Source: an uncultured Candidatus Competibacteraceae bacterium
GTDB lineage: Bacteria > Pseudomonadota > Gammaproteobacteria > Competibacterales > Competibacteraceae
Assembly (NCBI GenBank): GCA_937960715.1
Contig: CALGOO010000171.1
Span: 1-60,117, forward strand
Length of the DNA: 60,117 bases
Direction of reading: 5' to 3'
Part shown: one piece after another, positions 18,602 through 25,446 of the stretch
Layout: the number at the start of each line of letters is the position of its first letter
Numbering within the stretch: the stretch's first letter is position 1
Translations under genes and position numbers: made by a program
Notes under the pieces: generated by a model
Told to the model about the DNA's origin: nothing
Seen by the model: only the letters and a program-made list of their open reading frames with translations
Databases searched by the model: none

Positions 18602-19012
18602 TCATGGTGAATTCAGCCAGTTTTCCACGGTCAGGCCAGGAACCCGGCCAAACTCGCGGACGTTGTGGGTCACCATGATCGCCCCCAGCGCCAAGGCGTG
18701 GGCCGCAATCAGCGTATCCAGAGGTCCAATCGGCGTGCCCCGGGCTTGTAACTGGGCGCGGAGCGAGCCGTAGGCGGCAGCGGCGGGCGCGTCGAAGGGG
18801 GCGATTTCAAAGGTCGCGAGGAACAGCTCCAGCTTGGCGAGGTTGATCGCGCGGCGTTGGCTGGCGGCGATGCCGAAGCGCAATTCAGCCAGCGTGATGG
18901 CAGACAGCGCGATTTCGCCCTGTTGCCGACCGTCCAGGCGTCGCAGAATCGCCTCGAAGCCCGGACGCTGGTTGAGCAGGTAGATGCAGATATTGGTGTC
19001 GAGCAGCACCAT
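18602..19012 (-). CDS. vapC: PIN-domain toxin
   Basis: LLDTNICIY, SAITLAEL, PIGPLDTLIAAHA, VTHNVREFGRVPGLTVENW. Confidence 0.95.
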   Translation of the reverse strand: MVLLDTNICIYLLNQRPGFEAILRRLDGRQQGEIALSAITLAELRFGIAASQRRAINLAKLELFLATFEIAPFDAPAAAAYGSLRAQLQARGTPIGPLDTLIAAHALALGAIMVTHNVREFGRVPGLTVENWLNSP

Positions 19013-19018
19013 GCCGGT

Positions 19019-19246
19019 TCAACCAAAATCCCGTGGCTGATCGATTTCCGGTTGCTGGCGTTCCAGATCCAGCGGACCGATTTCGTCGAGCAGCGCCTTC
19101 AGATCCTGATAAGCATAGATTTTTGGCAGCAGGATGACGGCGTTACCGACCTTTTTGATCACGACCTCGTCGCCTTCAAACCGGAATTCCTTGGGGAGGC
19201 GCACGGCTTGACTGTTGCCGTTGGTAAACAGGCGGGCGGTTTGCAT
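19019..19246 (-). CDS. vapB: AbrB/SpoVT-fold antitoxin
   Basis: [21 protein letters not shown]; immediately upstream of vapC. Confidence 0.95.
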   Translation of the reverse strand: MQTARLFTNGNSQAVRLPKEFRFEGDEVVIKKVGNAVILLPKIYAYQDLKALLDEIGPLDLERQQPEIDQPRDFG

Positions 19247-19264
19247 GGCAAGTTCTCGGAATGA

Positions 19265-19285
19265 ATGTACATCCCAAGTATATAC
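19265..19285 (-). promoter_or_regulatory. vapBC -10 element and probable autoregulatory operator
   Basis: Two short palindromes, ATGTACAT and GTATATAC, 5 bp apart, overlapping a minus-strand TATACT. Confidence 0.5.
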
Positions 19286-19492
19286 CTTTCGGTTCGTAGC
19301 TGTCCTGCGGCACGGCGCGGCGCCCGTCGAACCTTATATTCATCACTGCAGCGCAACCTGCCGCAGCAACCGCTTGCTTAGTGTGGATTTTCCTGTGATA
19401 GGGACCTGATGAGTCAATAGGCGCCACACAAAACCGCATGAAACACAATCAGGATGCGTCGGCTGAGTTCCGGGGACACACGCGACGATGGT

Positions 19493-19527
19493 ATCCGACG
19501 CAACTGGTCGCAAAGCCAGCGTATTCT
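19493..19527 (+). promoter_or_regulatory. Putative WYL-dependent promoter/operator of the hypothetical + WYL operon
   Basis: ATCCGAC-GCAACTG-GTCGC-AAAGCCAGCG-TATTCT; same architecture and N10 spacing as the site at 18486-18520. Confidence 0.7.
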
Positions 19528-19594
19528 TGTATCCGATAGCGGGCGACCGCCAAACACCGCCCGCGCCCAACTTCCCCACCCGAAGGACATCGCC

Positions 19595-20011
19595 ATGCCC
19601 CGTAAATCGACGCTGGACCCCCAAGTCAAGGCCCTGCTGGACAACCTCAATCTCGACGACGGCGGCGAGGAACTGCTCGCCGAACCCACCGAGGATACCA
19701 CTCAGCACCTGCACACCCTGTACGAACGCCTGACCAATGGTCGGGAGCGGACATTGCGCCCCGGGCAGATGGTCACATGGAAGCCGGGACTGAAGAATCG
19801 TCGCTTCCCAGCGTATGGTCAGCCGGCCATTGTGGTCGAACGGCTCACGATTCCGATTCTTGATCACGAAGCTGAGGCCGGGTCTCCGTATTATCGCGAG
19901 CCACTGGATGTGCTGTTGGGCATCTTGCGCCGGGACGGTGATTTTCTCGTCTACCATTTTGACAGTCGCCGCTTCCAACCGTACCAGGCAGACGAAACCG
20001 GAAGTCGTTAG
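19595..20011 (+). CDS. Hypothetical protein (138 aa), possibly SH3-like barrel
   Basis: AAGGA Shine-Dalgarno, ATG at 19595; LRPGQMVTWKPGLKN...DSRRFQPY; lies between the promoter and the WYL gene. Confidence 0.75.
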   Translation: MPRKSTLDPQVKALLDNLNLDDGGEELLAEPTEDTTQHLHTLYERLTNGRERTLRPGQMVTWKPGLKNRRFPAYGQPAIVVERLTIPILDHEAEAGSPYYREPLDVLLGILRRDGDFLVYHFDSRRFQPYQADETGSR

Positions 20012-20080
20012 CGGTCGTTGTCAGCGCCCGGACGTTCGGCGCAAACGCCCGCTCTCCCCCGCCCCATCAGGGAACCGCTG

Positions 20081-21181
20081 ATGAAAGAAGACGCCATCAC
20101 CACGTTCAACCGCCGCCTGCGCATTCTGGCGATGTTCAAGGGCAGCGAGCCGCTCACGACGCAAATGATTTTCAAACGGTTGCAGGGGACCGCCGAGGAA
20201 ATGGACGAGCGCTCGGTGCAACGGGTCCTGGCGCTGCTGGGCGAGGCCGGTTTTCTGGAAACGGTCAATCTCGATGCCAAGCCGTTGCAGTGGCGTTGGC
20301 CCAAGGGGCGAAAGTTCATGGCTCTGCCCCGGCTGTCGGATCAGGAGGTGCTGGCGTTTCGGCTGCTGGAGCTGTTTCTGAAACCGCTGTTACCCCGCGA
20401 GTCCTACCGGGCGCTACGGCCCTACTTCGAGACCGCTCGCGGTGAACTCAACGACATGCCGTTCTGGGCGCCGGTCAAGAACTGGGAGGCGAAGGTGCGA
20501 GTGGTGCCGCCGGCGCAACCGCTGTTGCCGCCGGAGCCGCCGCCCGGACTGACTGGGGAGACCGCCCGCCAGGACTGGGAACGCCAGCAGGAACAGACGC
20601 GAGCGGCGCTCCTGGAAGCCCTGTTCGAGAACCGGCAGTGCGCGGTCGAGTACCAGCAGCTCTGGCGGGACGAACCGGCGCGCTGGACGCTGCATCCTCT
20701 CGCGTACCTGCAACGCGGACCGGCGTTCTATCTGCTCTGCACCATCGCCGAGTACGCCGACGTGCGGCAACTGGCCGTGCACCGGATGCTGTCGGCCATG
20801 GTGCTGGACCGGAAAGCGAGCAAACCGGCGGGCTTCGACGTGGATCGGGAAGTGGAGCGCAGTCAAGGCATGGGCGGTAGCGGCGAACCGCTGCGACTGG
20901 TGGCCCGGTTCTGGAAACGCGCCGGACTACATTTGCTGGAAACCCGCCTGGCCACCGATCAGGTGGCGGAGGACGAGGGCGACGACCATTTCCGGCTCAC
21001 CGCCACCGTCAACGACACCGCGCAACTGCGCTGGTGGCTATTGTCGTTCGGCTCCAAGGTGGAGGTGCTGGAACCCACTGAGCTGCGGGAGGAAATGGCG
21101 ACTCAGGCGTATTGGATGAATCGGATGTATGCGAGGTCGAGTTCGCCACCAGAGAGCGCAATCATTATGGAGCGGTCATGA
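20081..21181 (+). CDS. WYL-domain transcriptional regulator (wHTH-WYL-WCX)
   Basis: HTH ERSVQRVLALL; WYL core LHPLAYLQRGPAFYLLC...RQLAVHRM; WCX LRWWLLSFGSKVEVLEPTELRE. Confidence 0.92.
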   Translation: MKEDAITTFNRRLRILAMFKGSEPLTTQMIFKRLQGTAEEMDERSVQRVLALLGEAGFLETVNLDAKPLQWRWPKGRKFMALPRLSDQEVLAFRLLELFLKPLLPRESYRALRPYFETARGELNDMPFWAPVKNWEAKVRVVPPAQPLLPPEPPPGLTGETARQDWERQQEQTRAALLEALFENRQCAVEYQQLWRDEPARWTLHPLAYLQRGPAFYLLCTIAEYADVRQLAVHRMLSAMVLDRKASKPAGFDVDREVERSQGMGGSGEPLRLVARFWKRAGLHLLETRLATDQVAEDEGDDHFRLTATVNDTAQLRWWLLSFGSKVEVLEPTELREEMATQAYWMNRMYARSSSPPESAIIMERS

Positions 21182-21246
21182 GGCGGTCGTGGCGAATTCA
21201 GCCGGTTTTCCACCGCCAGGCCCGGAACTCGGCCAAACTTGCCGAC
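21173..21246 (-). pseudogene. Degenerate duplicate of the vapC 3' end
   Basis: Aligns to 18588-18661; translates VGKFGRVPGLAVENRLNSPR versus VapC VREFGRVPGLTVENWLNSP-stop. Confidence 0.8.
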
Positions 21247-21273
21247 ATGAGTGGATCGCCACGACCGCTTCAC

Positions 21274-21804
21274 TCACCCCTTGATCGGTTCCATCACCGC
21301 GTCCAGGTTCAGGTCGTCGCAAAAATCCAGAAATTCCTCGCGCAACAAGGCGATGTGGGTATTGGCGGGGACACCGATGGCCAGGTTGACCGAGAACATC
21401 GGCGTGCCGGTATGCGGCGCGCTGTAGCTCTTGGTGACCATGTCCTCGATGTTGATCGAGCGGCTGGCGAAGAAGCCGGCCAGATGATGGACGATGCCCG
21501 GTTGATTGACCGCCACCACCTCCACCGCGTAGGGCAGCGCGTCGCCCACCGGCGGGCGGTTCTCGGTGCGCTTGGCGACGATGGTCAGGCCCAGAGTCTG
21601 CTCCAGCCGCTTGAACTGCATTTCCAGCTTGGTCAGGGTATTCCAGTTGCCTTGCACCAGCAGCAGGATGGCGAATTCGCCGCCCAGCACGGTCATGCGA
21701 CTGTCCACGATCCCGCAATCGCAGTCCAGGATCACGCGGGACAGTTCGTTGACCAGACCGGGGCGATCTTCACCCAGGGCGGAGACGACCAGATAATTTT
21801 TCAC
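21274..21804 (-). CDS. gcvR: Glycine cleavage system regulator (two ACT domains)
   Basis: LVVSALGEDRPG, IVDSRMTVLGGEFA, NQPGIVH, LREEFLDFCDDLNLDA. Confidence 0.92.
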   Translation of the reverse strand: MKNYLVVSALGEDRPGLVNELSRVILDCDCGIVDSRMTVLGGEFAILLLVQGNWNTLTKLEMQFKRLEQTLGLTIVAKRTENRPPVGDALPYAVEVVAVNQPGIVHHLAGFFASRSINIEDMVTKSYSAPHTGTPMFSVNLAIGVPANTHIALLREEFLDFCDDLNLDAVMEPIKG

Positions 21805-22035
21805 GGATGGAGTTTCCTAAACGGGCCAGGGAACGGGAATCGCACCGCGCCAGTGTACCGCCATCCAACCGGGGTGAAAACCGCCCCGCTCACCGCCCAT
21901 CCGTTTGAGCTAACGCCGCGCGGGGGTGTGGGGGGGCGGGCAAGAACAGGGGTACTCAAAATCCCGCTCAAGGAAAGCCATGCGCGATTGTGGAATATTC
22001 TGTAGTAAGGGCATCGGGTTATCCGGGGTGGCGTT

Positions 22036-22044
22036 TGCTAGAAT
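22036..22044 (+). promoter_or_regulatory. Extended -10 promoter
   Basis: TG-C-TAGAAT ending 7 nt before the ATG at 22051. Confidence 0.4.
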
Positions 22045-22050
22045 CCCTTC

Positions 22051-23007
22051 ATGGCCACCGGGCCGGAGAACGCCGCCGCCATGAAGACCGACAAGCAGAT
22101 TCACGCCCTGCTGGCGTCCAGCCCGGAGGCATTCCGCTTCCTGACCGACGGGATCGAGTTGAACGGTCCCTATCAAGGCCGCTCGGTGGTCTTCAAGGAC
22201 CTGGAACGGCGGGCCGACCACGTGTTCGAAGCCGATGACGGCAAGGGACCCACCTACCTCATCGAGGTCCAGGCCCAGCACACCGGCGATGTCTACGACC
22301 GGCTGGTGCTGGAACTCCTGCTGTACCGCCGCGCCCACCCGGAACGCACCGTCCAAGGTCAGGTCATTTTCCTCACTGCGAGCTGCGACGAACCGGACTG
22401 GCCATGGGCCGAATGGGTCGGGCGAGGGCCGCTGCGCAAGCCGGTCTATCTGGACCAGGTGCTGGAAAAGGCCCGGCAACACCACCCCGATCACCCCCTG
22501 CTGGCGGTCTTTTTACCGTGGTTCGCCCGCGATGCGGAACTGGCGCAACAGGCCCCGCTGGCTTGGCGACGGCTGGAAGCGCTCACCGAACCCGGCGCCG
22601 CGGTCCTGCTCGACGTGTTCATGTCCTGGATGATGGAGCGATTTAAAGGTCAAACCTACGAGGAGGTTCTCCGCATGTTACAAGTACTCACTCCCCTGGA
22701 AGAAACCCGCGCTTATAAGGAACTGGTCGCTATCGGTATCGAGAAGGGTAAAAAGGAAGGCCGCGAGGAAGGTAAAAAGGAAGGTAAAAAGGAAGGTAAA
22801 AAGGAAGGTCAGGCTGAAGGTGAAAAATGGGGTCGCCAGAAAGAAGCGCGGGCGCTGCTGACCAAGCAACTTCGCCGGCGGTTTGGCCAGTTACCCCGCT
22901 GGGCCAGCGCCCGTCTGCGCCAGGCAGACACACAGCAACTGGAAACCTGGGCCGAGAACATCTTCGATGCCAAGGAGTTGACGGATTTGCTCGGCCCAAA
23001 GCCTTGA
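22051..23007 (+). CDS. Rpn-family PD-(D/E)XK nuclease (DUF2887-like) with C-terminal DUF4351-like domain
   Basis: MKTDK...FKDLERRADHVF...IEVQ; GxxE repeats; QLRRRFG...LETWAENIFDAKEL. Start is 22051 or 22081. Confidence 0.85.
   Translation: MATGPENAAAMKTDKQIHALLASSPEAFRFLTDGIELNGPYQGRSVVFKDLERRADHVFEADDGKGPTYLIEVQAQHTGDVYDRLVLELLLYRRAHPERTVQGQVIFLTASCDEPDWPWAEWVGRGPLRKPVYLDQVLEKARQHHPDHPLLAVFLPWFARDAELAQQAPLAWRRLEALTEPGAAVLLDVFMSWMMERFKGQTYEEVLRMLQVLTPLEETRAYKELVAIGIEKGKKEGREEGKKEGKKEGKKEGQAEGEKWGRQKEARALLTKQLRRRFGQLPRWASARLRQADTQQLETWAENIFDAKELTDLLGPKP
22675..23007 (+). CDS. Putative internally translated Rpn small antitoxin (110 aa, in frame)
   Basis: AGGAGG at 22661-22666, 8-nt spacer, in-frame ATG at 22675. 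Confidence 0.6.
   Translation: MLQVLTPLEETRAYKELVAIGIEKGKKEGREEGKKEGKKEGKKEGQAEGEKWGRQKEARALLTKQLRRRFGQLPRWASARLRQADTQQLETWAENIFDAKELTDLLGPKP
22747..22830 (+). repeat. 12-bp tandem repeats encoding GKKE/GxxE
   Basis: GGTAAAAAGGAA occurs four times plus degenerate copies. Confidence 0.9.
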
Positions 23008-25265
23008 TCGCCCCGACCAAGGAAACCGATGCCCGCATCCTGATCGACGATCAGTTGCGCGCGGCGGGCTGGAATCCGGCCGACAAGTCGCAGGTGTTGA
23101 CCGAGGTCAAGACCTCGGGCTGCTGGCATGGCGTGGCCGAACCGGAATCGCAAAGTACCGTTCTCTCGACTCAAGACGGCGACGCCATTCCCACCGGACG
23201 GGCCGATTACGTCCTGCTGGATTCGCGCGGCAGGCCGCTGGCCGTCATCGAATCCAAGCGGCAGGCCATCCAGCCGTATGTGGCAAAACAGCAGGCGCTG
23301 CCTTACGCCAAACAGATCGGCGCCCCCTTCATCTTCTTGACCAACGGCGAACTGATCTACTTCTGGGATTATCGGAACGACGACGCACGCATCGTCCAGT
23401 CGTTTTTCTCGCGCCGGGACTTGGAACGCCTGGTCCACATGCGCGGCACCCGCCAGCCGCTGGCCACGGTCCCCATCCCGGACACCTATTTCCGCCAGGG
23501 CGAAACCCGATGGCTGCGCCCCTATCAAACCGAGGCCATGCAGGCCCTCGACCGCACGGTGGAACTCGGCAAGCGCCGCTTCCTCATCGAATTGCCCACC
23601 GGCTGCGGCAAAACCGATTTGATCGCGCTTTACCTCAAGCGCCTGATCGAAGCCGGCCACGCCGAACGGGTTTTGTTTCTGGTCGACCGCGATCAACTGG
23701 CCAAGCAGGCCATCGAAGCCATTCAGGACCTGTTGCCGGGACATTCGAGCTATTGGCTCAAGTCCGGCATGGTTCGCCAGGAACAACAAATCACTGTGTG
23801 CCTGCTGCAAACCATGATCGGCCGCTACCCCGAGTTCACCAGCGGCTACTTCGACGTGGTGGTCGCCGACGAATGTCACCGCTCGATTTACGGCGCCTGG
23901 CAGACGGCGCTCATCTACTTCGATGCCCTGCACATCGGCCTCACCGCGACACCGGCCCTGTATATCGAGCGCAATACGTTCCAGTTCTACCACTGCAAGG
24001 ACGATACGCCCGACTACTCGTACTCTATCCAGCAGGCGTTCCAGGACAGGTTTCTCGCGCCCTACCGTTTCGCCACCGGCATCACCACGCTGGTGTCCGA
24101 GGGGGCCGACGTGGACGAAGAACATTACGACCCTGCCGAGTTCGAGCGCCAATGGACCAACGAGGCGAGCAATCGGCTGATGATGGCGGAGTTCGACCGC
24201 CTCGCCTGGGAAAATTACCGGGAACTGGCTCCCGGCCAGAAAATCGGCCCCGGCAAGGCGGTGATCTTCGCCATCACCAAACATCACGCCGCCCGATTAA
24301 CCCAGTATTTGAACGAACTGCACCCCGAATATCAGGGGCGCTACGCCGAGGTCATCACTTCGGATGTCGCCAACCCCGACGACCTGATCCGCTGTTTCAA
24401 GCGGGAAGAGTTGCCGATGATCGCGGTCAGCGTCGGGATGCTCGACACCGGTTTCGATTGCCGGGAAATCCTGCATCTGGTGATGTGTCGCCGTGTGCGC
24501 AGCCCGATTCTCTACCAGCAAATGCGGGGTCGCGGCACCCGCCCGGCGCCGCACATCGATAAACGGAAGTTCGTCATTTACGATTTCTTCCGCAATCATG
24601 AGTATTTCAACGACTCGGACACCGACATCTTCTCTGGCGGCGACAGCGGCCACGCACGCAAACCTCAGCCCGTCAAGGCCAAGACCGCCCGCGAGTTGAT
24701 CGAACTGGGGTTGGAAGACGAATGGCTCGATGCCGTTCATTACATCGAAATCGGCCCCGACGGCGAGCGGGTGGACAAGCGTGATTACGTCACCGACTGG
24801 GAGCGGGCCATCCGCCAGCAGGCCGACCGCGATCCGATTCTCGCCAAGGTCAAGGCCGGCGAGGCGCTCACCGACGCGGAAGAAACCGAACTGGCGCGGC
24901 GCTTGAACCAGCCCGAATGTTATTTCAACGAAGACAACCTGCGCCGCGCCTATCGCAATCCGGGCGGCAATCTGGTGGACTTCATCCGCGCCGCCCTGGG
25001 AATGCTGAAACTCAAGAGCCGCGAAGAGCGCGTCGAGGACAATTTCCGCGCCTGGCTGGTGGCCAAGAATCTCGCCCCGGCGCAGGCACAGTATTTGGCG
25101 CTGCTCAAGAATCGGGGCCTGGTCAAGGGTCGGGTCTCGCTGGACGATCTTTTTAACCCGCCGCTCTCCATCCTGAACGCGGCCAACATCGGCATCGAAC
25201 TGTTTGGCGAGGAGGGTCTCAAGGCCGTGATGGATGAAATCAACCAGGCCGTGCTGGTGGCGTGA
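23004..25265 (+). CDS. hsdR: Type I restriction endonuclease subunit R (short, EcoAI/EcoEI-like)
   Basis: GRADYVL...IESK nuclease motif; PTGCGKT, DECH, GLTATP, MLDTGFD, QMRGRGTR; probable TTG start overlapping the rpn stop. Confidence 0.92.
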   Translation: MIAPTKETDARILIDDQLRAAGWNPADKSQVLTEVKTSGCWHGVAEPESQSTVLSTQDGDAIPTGRADYVLLDSRGRPLAVIESKRQAIQPYVAKQQALPYAKQIGAPFIFLTNGELIYFWDYRNDDARIVQSFFSRRDLERLVHMRGTRQPLATVPIPDTYFRQGETRWLRPYQTEAMQALDRTVELGKRRFLIELPTGCGKTDLIALYLKRLIEAGHAERVLFLVDRDQLAKQAIEAIQDLLPGHSSYWLKSGMVRQEQQITVCLLQTMIGRYPEFTSGYFDVVVADECHRSIYGAWQTALIYFDALHIGLTATPALYIERNTFQFYHCKDDTPDYSYSIQQAFQDRFLAPYRFATGITTLVSEGADVDEEHYDPAEFERQWTNEASNRLMMAEFDRLAWENYRELAPGQKIGPGKAVIFAITKHHAARLTQYLNELHPEYQGRYAEVITSDVANPDDLIRCFKREELPMIAVSVGMLDTGFDCREILHLVMCRRVRSPILYQQMRGRGTRPAPHIDKRKFVIYDFFRNHEYFNDSDTDIFSGGDSGHARKPQPVKAKTARELIELGLEDEWLDAVHYIEIGPDGERVDKRDYVTDWERAIRQQADRDPILAKVKAGEALTDAEETELARRLNQPECYFNEDNLRRAYRNPGGNLVDFIRAALGMLKLKSREERVEDNFRAWLVAKNLAPAQAQYLALLKNRGLVKGRVSLDDLFNPPLSILNAANIGIELFGEEGLKAVMDEINQAVLVA

Positions 25266-25270
25266 ATAGA

Positions 25271-25420
25271 CCCCCCACCCCAACCCTCCCCCACAAGGGG
25301 GGAGGGAGTCTTATTGGCTCCCCCTCCATCAAGGCCACGATCAACGAGGCCGCGCGAGGTGGCGGGAAGGAGTCTTGTTGGCTCTCCCTCCCCTCCGTGG
25401 GAGGGAGTTGGAGGGAGGGG
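25271..25420. repeat. REP-like C-rich/G-rich palindromic element
   Basis: Hairpin CCCTCCCCC-ACAAG-GGGGGAGGG, an inverted degenerate copy at 25384-25420, and internal direct repeat GGAGTCTTRTTGGCTC. Confidence 0.65.
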
Positions 25421-25446
25421 CGAACGATGACAACCAAGGCAACAAC

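Noticed and set aside
19343-19978. 211-aa minus-strand ORF
   Set aside because: Antisense to the 138-aa gene, which has a Shine-Dalgarno and promoter; it also runs across the operator region.
22747-22830. 12-bp repeats as a phase-variation switch
   Set aside because: The unit is a multiple of three, so slippage changes length and not frame.
22827-23003. N-terminal extension of HsdR given in the ORF track
   Set aside because: It overlaps rpn out of frame; HsdR-like sequence begins near the TTG at 23004.
22051-23007. Rpn as an IS transposase mobilising the island
   Set aside because: No terminal inverted repeats or target duplication seen; the family is not demonstrated to transpose.
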